Of a DNA stretch of 64,000 bases, positions 54,877-62,564 are shown piece by piece. Position numbers and translations under genes: made by a program. Origin of the DNA: a virus. The stretch's first letter is position 1. Each line of letters begins with the position of its first letter. The stretch lies in the IMG/VR virus record IMGVR_UViG_3300040771_000127; one strand, written 5' to 3'. A model generated the notes under the pieces. It was given only the letters and a program-made list of their open reading frames with translations. It was not told where the DNA came from and did no database searches.

Positions 54877-55260
54877 ATGATAAGAATCGTAAAGTTTTAT
54901 TTCCGTAGTGAAGAGAAAGTTAGTACAGCTTGTTGTATTATTATAAAGTATGGTGTTCTTACTCGAAGAGTTAGTGCCAGCTACAATTTTACGCATACTG
55001 GAGAAGGTACTGTAATACGCAATGAGGGTAAAGAGTCTCTATTGTATGAACTGGAGTTATTATTGCTGGATATAAACAATTACGGAAATAATATAATTGT
55101 TGGTATTACACTACATGAGGATAAAGTAGTAGTTAAAATGTACAGAGTTATCTTTATGCTCCGTGTAGTTATAGACTCTTTAATTGGAGGTGTATCTGTT
55201 AATGAAGATGTAATGATACGTAACTATTGTTTAGAATCTAGACATGATATATTTAGCTAG
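54877..55260 (+). CDS. Hypothetical protein (possible third paralogue)
   Basis: 127 aa, with a weaker resemblance (NEGKESLLYELELLLLDINNYGNNIIVGIT). Confidence 0.45.
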   Translation: MIRIVKFYFRSEEKVSTACCIIIKYGVLTRRVSASYNFTHTGEGTVIRNEGKESLLYELELLLLDINNYGNNIIVGITLHEDKVVVKMYRVIFMLRVVIDSLIGGVSVNEDVMIRNYCLESRHDIFS

Positions 55261-55277
55261 GAACGGAGTGGATGAAA

Positions 55278-55530
55278 CTGTGTGTGTGTTTAGCTGGCTT
55301 GGATTAGACCCCCCCACCAAAGTTCGTCAACGGCTGGGTAAAAGCTTGGCTTAGTAGTGATACAAAAAAGCTAGATACCGTAGAACACAAGTATAATTAT
55401 TAACTATCGAAAGGTAAACAATGTGTGCGTGTGTGTTAGGTAACTGGGATGTGTGTGTACGGGTGTAGTGTGTGGATGGGGTGAGGTTAGTGTGTAGGTA
55501 AAAAATTTGTGTGTGATGTGTTGTGTGTAA
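55278..55530 (+). repeat. Array of GTGTGTA-type repeats (reverse complement of the 53389-54015 array)
   Basis: CTGTGTGTGTGT 55278, TGTGTGCGTGTGTGT 55422-55436 (exact inverted copy of ACACACACGCACACA at 53859-53873), TGTGTGTGTA 55450, GTGTAGTGTGTGG 55463, AGTGTGTAGG 55489, TTGTGTGTGATGTGTTGTGTGTAA 55507-55530. Confidence 0.7.
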
Positions 55531-55542
55531 GATAAAAATTGG

Positions 55543-55550
55543 TATATTTG
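55543..55550 (+). promoter_or_regulatory. TATATTTG promoter-like -7 box with TTG 19 nt upstream
   Basis: Matches TAnnTTTG. TTG at 55521-55523 gives Bacteroidota-like -33/-7 spacing. Confidence 0.4.
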
Positions 55551-55556
55551 AAAAGC

Positions 55557-55647
55557 CCTTGATGGTTGGGGCTAGAATCTTTCATACATTTATATCTATT
55601 GGTTAGTTAGGTGGGAGTTCCTCTACTGTAATGGTAGGGGAATTTTT
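55557..55647 (+). ncRNA. Candidate ~90-nt small RNA (promoter box to intrinsic terminator)
   Basis: Bounded by the promoter-like box at 55543-55550 and the terminator at 55618-55647. The only ORF inside is 14 codons. Boundaries are inferred. Confidence 0.3.
55618..55647 (+). terminator. Rho-independent terminator
   Basis: TTCCTCTAC/GTAGGGGAA 9-bp stem (one G-U pair), 7-nt loop, then TTTTT. Confidence 0.65.
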
Positions 55648-55798
55648 GCGTTTGGTAGGTGCGTAATGGTGCAATCAGAGCCTTCGCTTGTGTAGTTTGA
55701 CTGGGTTGTGTTGTTCACAGGTAAGTAGTAAAATGATGGTGAAAGTCGGCATAGTGCCTTATTTGGTCGTTTTTGGTGGCTATCTGATTAACTTACGT

Positions 55799-55819
55799 AA
55801 ATTTAACAAAAATTTAACA
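55799..55819 (+). repeat. AAATTTAACA direct repeat x2, 11-nt periodicity, in an AT-rich tract
   Basis: Copies at 55799-55808 and 55810-55819, inside a non-coding AT-rich stretch next to the GT-repeat array. Confidence 0.55.
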
Positions 55820-55861
55820 TTTCTACCTTGTTTAACTATTGTAGGTTAATCAATGTTGTCG

Positions 55862-55869
55862 TATCTTTG
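55862..55869 (+). promoter_or_regulatory. TATCTTTG promoter-like -7 box with TTG 20 nt upstream
   Basis: Matches TAnnTTTG, with TTG at 55839-55841. It would give a ~230-nt leader before ATG 56106. Confidence 0.35.
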
Positions 55870-55967
55870 TATGGTAATACAATACGAGGGGCAAGTTCCT
55901 TCGACGTTTGAGAGAAGAACGGATTAAAACTCTTAGGTGGTACTTCCCACTTTCCTGCCAAGGGAGC

Positions 55968-56035
55968 CTATAAGCACTAGCGAATACGAGGCCACCCAGA
56001 CATCACAGGCAAATGAGGTAACTATAAGCACTAGC
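55968..56035 (+). repeat. 14-nt perfect direct repeat CTATAAGCACTAGC x2 in the leader region
   Basis: Copies at 55968-55981 and 56022-56035. AATACGAGG also occurs twice (55881-55889, 55983-55991). Confidence 0.6.
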
Positions 56036-56105
56036 TTGCTAAGGTTAACTGATGAGGCTTCAATAGCCGAAACCATTTAGGTATTAACCATTAAAATTTA
56101 CGGAT

Positions 56106-56297
56106 ATGAAACTTACAAAAGAACAAAGTGAAGCAATTAGTACACTTAAAATGTTTAAGAGAACCCATATAACTAAGCTTGCTAAAAAAGAAATTACTTT
56201 GAAGCAGTATCATGACGACTTCCAGATAGCCTTGGAAACTGCCGTTCAAAAAACGGGTTTAGAAACTAGTGAAGTCGGATTTTTAATACTATCATAA
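56106..56297 (+). CDS. Hypothetical protein
   Basis: 63 aa, the first ORF after the long non-coding region. Confidence 0.5.
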   Translation: MKLTKEQSEAISTLKMFKRTHITKLAKKEITLKQYHDDFQIALETAVQKTGLETSEVGFLILS

Positions 56298-56298
56298 T

Positions 56299-56691
56299 AT
56301 GAAAGCGATAAAACACATAGTAGCCATTAAATTGGTTGAGCAAGTATTGGACTTAGTTCCAGTAATAAATTCGGGAACTTATAATATGGTTGACCCTACT
56401 CACTACGAGAATGGGTTTTCCGATTTGGGTTGGTGTACTGTTGGGTATAATGATGTGACTTGGGGAGTGACTTTGACTATAAAAGATAAAGAAGCTGGAA
56501 GTCGTGGTCGTAGCATTTACTTCGATGGTGAGGATTTAACTCCACAGGATAATTGGGTTAAGGGTTCTTTTTTAATGTTACGTGAGATATTGAAAGATAT
56601 GCGTAAAGCGGGTATGCGTTCTAAACGTGAGGCGTACTTTGAGGAACGTAGTATGGTTGACCCAATGGGATGTTTAGAGGATTATATTTAA
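56299..56691 (+). CDS. Hypothetical protein
   Basis: 130 aa ORF. Confidence 0.55.
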   Translation: MKAIKHIVAIKLVEQVLDLVPVINSGTYNMVDPTHYENGFSDLGWCTVGYNDVTWGVTLTIKDKEAGSRGRSIYFDGEDLTPQDNWVKGSFLMLREILKDMRKAGMRSKREAYFEERSMVDPMGCLEDYI

Positions 56692-56710
56692 TTTAAAAAA
56701 GATAGAAATT

Positions 56711-57022
56711 ATGAAAGCAATGTACAACGCATGGAAAGAGAGTGACAACGTAATAGCAGTGGATGGCGGTTTTAAAACTCAATGCACTCAATACACGATA
56801 ACGTTCACGGAAGATGAATTGAGAAAATACTACTTGCAAGAGTATGGCAGGGATGATGATGCTACTATTTATAGCTTGAAGTGTGACTATTACCACAAGG
56901 AGTTTCCTACGTTGGAAGCTTTGGTGGCTGACTTCTACGGTAGCGGTATGGACCCTAGTTATGAGGTTACCAAAAATGGTCGTGGAATTGGAGAATTACT
57001 AGAAGATTTTTTAACTTATTAA
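56711..57022 (+). CDS. Hypothetical protein
   Basis: 103 aa ORF. Confidence 0.55.
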   Translation: MKAMYNAWKESDNVIAVDGGFKTQCTQYTITFTEDELRKYYLQEYGRDDDATIYSLKCDYYHKEFPTLEALVADFYGSGMDPSYEVTKNGRGIGELLEDFLTY

Positions 57023-57033
57023 ATTTAGATATT

Positions 57034-57228
57034 ATGGATATTACACAAGCACTTTCTTGTAGAGAACAAGCAGAAAATATTAGAGAAATTAGTAACAACT
57101 ACCTTATGGGTTTAATTTCGGGGGTCGATTTCCTGCTACAAGTGGAGGTCGTTGTTGAAGTAAAAAAGCGGGAATACGCTGAAATACAAAAAGAGTTGGA
57201 TAAGCTACTAAAACCTAAAACTAAGTAA
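57034..57228 (+). CDS. Hypothetical protein
   Basis: 64 aa ORF. Confidence 0.45.
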   Translation: MDITQALSCREQAENIREISNNYLMGLISGVDFLLQVEVVVEVKKREYAEIQKELDKLLKPKTK

Positions 57229-57229
57229 T

Positions 57230-57577
57230 ATGGATGGATTACCAATAGTAACGGGAATAGCAATTATACTAATAGTAAGATGGGCGGCATTAATCGCCCT
57301 AAAAAGAAAAAAACCTGAATTATTTAAGATAAAAATTATGGCAGAGAAAACAGTAATATTTGAAAAAGGTGTGGTTCTAATGAATACACGCACAACAACA
57401 AAAAGATACGTTAGTGTAGTAGAGTGTGATGAAGATGGAAAAGAGACTGATGCTATTTATTGCATGGAGAGTAGTAGTGACAGTCAAATAAATGTTTGGG
57501 TGGATGCTTACGGTGAGCGTGTAAGTCCTGAGAAAAGTCACCATTTGAATAGAGCGTTATTAACAAGTAAATTTTAG
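57230..57577 (+). CDS. Hypothetical protein with N-terminal TM segment
   Basis: 115 aa, with LPIVTGIAIILIVRWAALIAL. Confidence 0.5.
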   Translation: MDGLPIVTGIAIILIVRWAALIALKRKKPELFKIKIMAEKTVIFEKGVVLMNTRTTTKRYVSVVECDEDGKETDAIYCMESSSDSQINVWVDAYGERVSPEKSHHLNRALLTSKF

Positions 57578-57581
57578 TAAG

Positions 57582-58094
57582 ATGCCAGGTAAAGCTAAAC
57601 CAATCGAAAAGACTGTAACTTCAAAAATTGCAGCAGTAAAAACTTCTAGAAGAAAAGTAGTTGTTGAGGAAGAAATTTCAGAATTACAAAAAATCGTAAA
57701 TCGTGTGGCTGATGTTCGCCTTGACGAGATCGAGAATAATATGCTTGAATCTGAATTAATTGAAGAGGGGGAGCGTCACGAAAGAGGTACTGAAATATAT
57801 CGATTATTTAAAATGTGGAGAGCACAAATGACGGATATAGGACTTCCTGATGTTAACTACCAAAAGTTAAAAGATTTGATTCTAGAGGTATTTGATTCTA
57901 ATGAATTTAATTACTGGTTAATGGGTGAGGAACGCTACCTACAAAAAATACTTTGGAGCGTACTGAAACAAGATGGTTTTTGTGAAGAGTACAAAATAAG
58001 AAGAAACAAAACATTGGGCCTTATGAGTGAAGATCATCGTTGGGCTTATGTTATCACCACATTTGGAAGTAAAACAACAATGTATAGAGATTAG
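57582..58094 (+). CDS. Hypothetical protein
   Basis: 170 aa ORF. Confidence 0.55.
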   Translation: MPGKAKPIEKTVTSKIAAVKTSRRKVVVEEEISELQKIVNRVADVRLDEIENNMLESELIEEGERHERGTEIYRLFKMWRAQMTDIGLPDVNYQKLKDLILEVFDSNEFNYWLMGEERYLQKILWSVLKQDGFCEEYKIRRNKTLGLMSEDHRWAYVITTFGSKTTMYRD

Positions 58095-58098
58095 TATT

Positions 58099-58410
58099 AT
58101 GGAGACAGAAATTAAGTATTGGAAATTTAGTACCACGGCGGTTGAGACACCGCCAATGAAAGAAGAGTACTTGACTGAACCAAAAGATTTTCTAGCACAT
58201 AAATTTGCTAACCGGCACGACTTCGGTACTTTTGAATTAGCCACTACGGGTATGTATAAGTTATTGGGCTGGGTTTATGATTTCAGACCCGTGATGAAAA
58301 AATATGTTGTAAAACAGCATGGTAATTGGCGAGAATACTTTGCCCCGAATAGGACACTGATTAGAAAATACGCTTACGGAAGAGTTGATAAAATATTAGA
58401 AGTAAAATAA
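58099..58410 (+). CDS. Hypothetical protein
   Basis: The track ORF 58027-58410 is trimmed to ATG 58099 (METEIKYWKF...), which removes a 68-nt overlap. 103 aa. Confidence 0.5.
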   Translation: METEIKYWKFSTTAVETPPMKEEYLTEPKDFLAHKFANRHDFGTFELATTGMYKLLGWVYDFRPVMKKYVVKQHGNWREYFAPNRTLIRKYAYGRVDKILEVK

Positions 58411-58428
58411 CCATTAAAATATTAAACC

Positions 58429-58983
58429 ATGGAAATAAAGTATAAGAATTTAATTGTAGATTTTATTTACGAGCAAAATGATTTGGAAATGTTAATGGGT
58501 TACGGAAGAACTGTAATACCACATAAACTGTTTTTAGCTTATGTCACTTACTTGGATGTAGATGATGATAGAGTACAGTTGGAGTATGGTGAAGATGAGG
58601 TAAACGAGTGGTTGTCTAGTGGTAACGAGAAGGAGGAGGATTTTGAAACTTATAATACGGATTTGTCAATACTATTTTTTAACTGGTGTTTAGATCAGGA
58701 TACTGAATGTGAATTTGAACACTTAGGCGAAAGTCCTTTGTGGTTGTTACACGATTTTATGCACGCTGAGAATGATGTTTACTCAGGTGTGATAAACGAG
58801 GGTTCTTATTTTGAAACTAATGCTGTTTACGCTAGTATGGAATTAGCCAAAAGATTAGGTATGATTTGTCTTTTCACCGTAAAGTATTTTGAAGAATTAG
58901 ATTCTGAATACTTATCCAGATGGAAAGAAAATTTCCCCGTAGGTGAAGCGATAAATTATTTAAACGAACTAACACAAAATTAG
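58429..58983 (+). CDS. Hypothetical acidic protein
   Basis: 184 aa ORF. Confidence 0.55.
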   Translation: MEIKYKNLIVDFIYEQNDLEMLMGYGRTVIPHKLFLAYVTYLDVDDDRVQLEYGEDEVNEWLSSGNEKEEDFETYNTDLSILFFNWCLDQDTECEFEHLGESPLWLLHDFMHAENDVYSGVINEGSYFETNAVYASMELAKRLGMICLFTVKYFEELDSEYLSRWKENFPVGEAINYLNELTQN

Positions 58984-58987
58984 AGTT

Positions 58988-59329
58988 ATGATTACACCAG
59001 CAATAATAGTTCCTAGAGCTACACGTTTTTTAGTATTCTCAGGAGAGGATTTATTAGTTGATTGTTATAGTAGACAAGAGGCTGAATTTTGGGTTATGAT
59101 TGATACCCTACACAAAAAAGAACTGCAGCAGGAGGTAAAACAACAGTTTTACGTTCACGAGAGAACCGGATACCGTATGGTAAAAATGTTTTCTAAAAAT
59201 AGGTTAGATGAGACCGAAGAAGCTTTTTGGCATTGCCGAATATATACGGAAGAGGGTATCACTTACGCTACGTATTCTGAATCAGCGATACTAGAACATT
59301 TTAAACCATTTAGTTTTCCTAAGCACTAA
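58988..59329 (+). CDS. Hypothetical protein
   Basis: 113 aa ORF. Confidence 0.55.
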   Translation: MITPAIIVPRATRFLVFSGEDLLVDCYSRQEAEFWVMIDTLHKKELQQEVKQQFYVHERTGYRMVKMFSKNRLDETEEAFWHCRIYTEEGITYATYSESAILEHFKPFSFPKH

Positions 59330-59359
59330 CCAAAAGTATAAATCAAAAACCATAACAGT

Positions 59360-60595
59360 ATGACAACGGAAACAGTAAAAGTTGGAAACACAACTTACGT
59401 AATAACGGACCCAGAAAATAAAAAGGTAAAAAAATTGTACAGTTTCGATAACTTGGAGGAGCTGATAACAATGGATCAAACTTTCCAAGATAGTTTTATG
59501 AATACACTTCATGGTTATCTTAGAGAAAAAGATGAAGTTACTACCACTAGGAGAAAAGATAAAGTCGGTGATTGGATAATGTGTAGAGGTTATAAAATTC
59601 AAGTGGATGATGAATTAGGTTTTACTATAAGCGATATGCAAAATTACGCTAGAGTATGTGAAGAGTTTGATAATCCTTGCCCTACTCCTAGGGAAGTTTG
59701 GGACTTTATTAATAGTAGCACCCATCGTAAAAAGAGTAAAGAAGTATTTGTAAAAGTAACGCCTAAGGTAGTTGTTGAAAAAGAAGAAAAGCACTATACT
59801 GAAAAAGCGGAAGATGAATTGGTTTCCAGTGAGTATGAATTATTGAGGGCTGATTTACTTAACGAACTAGAAGGACTATCAGTACCTAAGATGGTAGAGA
59901 TGGTTTACAAGTACATACCGAATAGAAAATTCAACCACAGGGTAAATAAATTATGTAATGCCTACCTAGCTAAAGAAATGCGAGGATTAAAATTTCGTAA
60001 CGAGCTTACGGAACTAATAAATACGCACAAGTTTGAAGAGGTTAAAAAAGTAGCCAAAAAATTCGTGGGTCTTGGTTGGTACAATATTAATACTTTAGAG
60101 GTAGTGAAAGACAGTATATCATTTGTTACAAAAACTGAGGGGCGTTTCCACTTTAGTAAGAGTGAGTTTTTAGCTAGATACTTATTACACCTAGAGCCTA
60201 AAATAATGCCTCAAATGTGGAGGTTTATAAATGGTTTCCTGACTAGAGAGCAGTTCTTAGAAGCACCATTACTTACGGGTGATACTGAGGCAAAATATAT
60301 AGATTTTGATATTAGCTGCCTTAGAAAACCTAATGAGGAACTTGATGCAATATGTAACAAGATTCTAAAAATTTGGGAAGAGCCTAATCCATTAGGTATA
60401 TGCTACAAGAACGACCTTACTACCGAATTAAAAGTGGGTGATTACGTTGAAGTACAATGGAAAGATTTTCATACTTCTTACGAGGGTAAAGTTATAGGTT
60501 TTAATGGTGGTATTCGTATACGCTACGAGGACGGGGAGGTTATGCCTTTATATAAGTGGCAAGAAGTTGAGGTGTTATCTAAAAGACCTGAGTAA
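59360..60595 (+). CDS. Hypothetical protein with C-terminal Tudor/SH3-like domain
   Basis: 411 aa, with C-terminal LKVGDYVEVQWKDFHTSYEGKVIGFNGGIRIRYEDGEVMPLYKWQEVEVL. Confidence 0.55.
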   Translation: MTTETVKVGNTTYVITDPENKKVKKLYSFDNLEELITMDQTFQDSFMNTLHGYLREKDEVTTTRRKDKVGDWIMCRGYKIQVDDELGFTISDMQNYARVCEEFDNPCPTPREVWDFINSSTHRKKSKEVFVKVTPKVVVEKEEKHYTEKAEDELVSSEYELLRADLLNELEGLSVPKMVEMVYKYIPNRKFNHRVNKLCNAYLAKEMRGLKFRNELTELINTHKFEEVKKVAKKFVGLGWYNINTLEVVKDSISFVTKTEGRFHFSKSEFLARYLLHLEPKIMPQMWRFINGFLTREQFLEAPLLTGDTEAKYIDFDISCLRKPNEELDAICNKILKIWEEPNPLGICYKNDLTTELKVGDYVEVQWKDFHTSYEGKVIGFNGGIRIRYEDGEVMPLYKWQEVEVLSKRPE

Positions 60596-60768
60596 TGAGT
60601 AAGAAACCCAGAAAGCGTATAGCGGTAGGTCAACTAGTTTACTCTACCAACAAAAAACAAAACTATTGTTTAATAGGTCAAATAGTTTTACACTTCTATA
60701 GGCCCCTAAGTTATCTAAGAGTTAGGCGAACCGTTCCCCCTACTTTAGATGAGAATCAGATAATCTAA
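60595..60768 (+). CDS. Candidate small basic protein (57 aa)
   Basis: TAATG-coupled ORF MSKKPRKRIAVGQLVYSTNKKQNYCLIG.... It is just below the track cutoff. Confidence 0.35.
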   Translation: MSKKPRKRIAVGQLVYSTNKKQNYCLIGQIVLHFYRPLSYLRVRRTVPPTLDENQII

Positions 60769-60795
60769 ACAACACACAAAAGAAAATTGTAAATT

Positions 60796-60815
60796 AGCCC
60801 TTAGTAATGAGGGCT
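60796..60815 (+). other. Hairpin AGCCCT/AGGGCT without U-tract
   Basis: 6-bp stem with an 8-nt loop, followed by an A-rich sequence. A weak terminator at best. Confidence 0.25.
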
Positions 60816-60830
60816 TAATAAAAAGTAAAA

Positions 60831-61115
60831 ATGAAAAAGACGCGAAAAACTAAGTTCCATGTGAGCTTAGCAGAAATTAAACAAACGCTTATAAACAAGA
60901 TCGTAGAACAGTACGGTTCGATTAATAAGTTTTCGCTACACGAGGATGCCAAGTCTTTAGGTGTAGAGAAATCCGTTAAAACTATTTTATCCAAGGGCGG
61001 TAGAAACAGTTTAATTGTTATTAATAAACTGCAAGTGTATTACGGACTTCCGGCCATCTACAAGGAAGAGGAAATTATAAGAAACATAACGTACTTTAGA
61101 GAACCAAAAAAATAA
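60831..61115 (+). CDS. Putative HTH DNA-binding protein
   Basis: 94 aa. GSINKFSLHEDAKSLGVEKSVKTILSKG looks like a Cro/C1-type HTH. Low certainty. Confidence 0.35.
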   Translation: MKKTRKTKFHVSLAEIKQTLINKIVEQYGSINKFSLHEDAKSLGVEKSVKTILSKGGRNSLIVINKLQVYYGLPAIYKEEEIIRNITYFREPKK

Positions 61116-61121
61116 AAGCTT

Positions 61122-61403
61122 ATGTACAAATATCTTATTACATGGATTGTTGTTTCGATACAAGCAGCATCATGTCCAGACGTTATTAAGGAAAGTGAAT
61201 TTGGTACTTTAAATAGGTCACCAATAACTTGCGCAGTTTACCACGTTAAAGAGGTAAGGGAAAACAAGTGCAAAGAGTTCCAGTCAAGAGATTCCGCAAT
61301 GAGTTTTACTAAAAGACTTAAAAATTACAAGCCAGAAGGTTTCAGTACTTCCTTAGAAGACAAAATAGAAAATATAAAAATTGATAGTTTAATTATTAAA
61401 TAA
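61122..61403 (+). CDS. Putative secreted/lipoprotein
   Basis: 93 aa. The signal-like N-terminus MYKYLITWIVVSIQAASC ends in a lipobox-like Cys. Confidence 0.45.
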   Translation: MYKYLITWIVVSIQAASCPDVIKESEFGTLNRSPITCAVYHVKEVRENKCKEFQSRDSAMSFTKRLKNYKPEGFSTSLEDKIENIKIDSLIIK

Positions 61404-61404
61404 G

Positions 61405-61998
61405 ATGAAAAAATTAATTGCAACTTTAGTAACGGCTTTTGTGCTTACAGTAGTACAAGGTCAAGATCGTGATTCCTACATAGGTTTAAGTACGGGTATC
61501 GATATAAGAAATGCTATAGTAGGTAGCGCACCCACTGATAATAAAAGTGCAGCAGACCTAAACTTAATACTTAGCCTAGTATCTAAAAACTGGGAAGTAA
61601 CTGCTGGATATGAACACTTCGAGAAAATAAATTTTTCAAAGTACAGTATTGGAGTTGGCTACCGATTCCCCCTATACTGCTACATAGGAAATAAACAAGT
61701 AAGGACAACTGTAGCACCATCTATTGAGTATAACATTATAAATAGATGGGATAAGTGGGGTAACAGTCTTAGCTATGATGAACCTAGTTCCCACCTAGCT
61801 CCTAGTGCTTCGCTACGTATTCATTGGGAGTTAGGAGAACGTTTAGGCTTAGGTCTTTTACTTAATGCACAAGTCAGAGCAGACCTAGGCGCAAAGTACC
61901 CTAACACTAGTTGGCATCAAAAAGCCACTGCTTTTAATTCTCCCGTTGTAGGTTCTACGTTTCTAGTTATATCATACAAATTGAAGAAGTACTTTTAA
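61405..61998 (+). CDS. Outer-membrane beta-barrel protein (OmpA-barrel/OprF-like small OMP)
   Basis: 197 aa with signal peptide MKKLIATLVTAFVLTVVQGQ, alternating amphipathic strands, and a C-terminal ...SYKLKKYF ending in an aromatic residue. Confidence 0.55.
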   Translation: MKKLIATLVTAFVLTVVQGQDRDSYIGLSTGIDIRNAIVGSAPTDNKSAADLNLILSLVSKNWEVTAGYEHFEKINFSKYSIGVGYRFPLYCYIGNKQVRTTVAPSIEYNIINRWDKWGNSLSYDEPSSHLAPSASLRIHWELGERLGLGLLLNAQVRADLGAKYPNTSWHQKATAFNSPVVGSTFLVISYKLKKYF

Positions 61999-62077
61999 TA
62001 ATCTAAAAATTGGTACAATATCTAATAAAAAGTACTTAATTTTTAACTCTATTTTACTACCTTAAAAACCTTAAAAA

Positions 62078-62467
62078 ATGCTTAAACACACTATAAAGTC
62101 AATCGGTACTGAAAAACTCGGGAAACAGTCTCTAAATAAGTCAAAAAATCCAACTAAAAAACGTGCTATTCCTACGGTAGCCAATAAAAACGCACTAAAG
62201 ATAAATCCTAATGTACGTAAGGTCGATAGTAAAAGTAGTATAGTTAGGCGAAAGGGTATAGCGTTCACAACCGTGGAATCTTCTAACTTAAAAGGTTTTT
62301 TCCACGATGTAACTAAGAGAGAATTGTTGATTCTTTTTAATACTAATAGAGTTTACAGGTATGCTAGAGTACCTAATTACGTTGTGGCTGGATTAGCCAA
62401 CGCTTCCAGTAAAGGGATTTATTTTACTGCCAACATTAGATACAAATATTCCAAGAAAGAATTATAG
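62078..62467 (+). CDS. KTSC-domain protein with basic N-terminal arm
   Basis: 129 aa. VESSNLKGFFHDVTKRELLILFNTNRVYRYARVPNYVVAGLANASSKGIYFTANIRYKY fits the KTSC domain pattern. It lies directly upstream of the large terminase. Confidence 0.55.
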   Translation: MLKHTIKSIGTEKLGKQSLNKSKNPTKKRAIPTVANKNALKINPNVRKVDSKSSIVRRKGIAFTTVESSNLKGFFHDVTKRELLILFNTNRVYRYARVPNYVVAGLANASSKGIYFTANIRYKYSKKEL

Positions 62468-62499
62468 TAATTAAAAATAGTACACACTAAACTAGCAAC

Positions 62500-62524
62500 A
62501 GCTCCCTATATGGGGGCTTTTTTT
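62500..62524 (+). terminator. Rho-independent terminator
   Basis: AGCTCCC/GGGGGCT stem (one G-U pair), 5-nt loop, then a T7 run. Confidence 0.65.
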
Positions 62525-62564
62525 ATGGCTTTTTTTGTCTATATTTACGGAAAATATTTCGGTT

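Noticed and set aside
53859-55436. Invertible DNA segment or transposon bounded by the 15-nt inverted repeat
   Set aside because: No invertase, recombinase or transposase gene is present, and no target-site duplication was seen. The inverted 15-mer is part of larger arrays of related short repeats rather than a discrete pair of ends.
55968-56035. Possible mini-CRISPR array or solitary repeat units
   Set aside because: There are only two 14-nt copies, far shorter than CRISPR repeats. There are no cas genes and no repeat-spacer periodicity.
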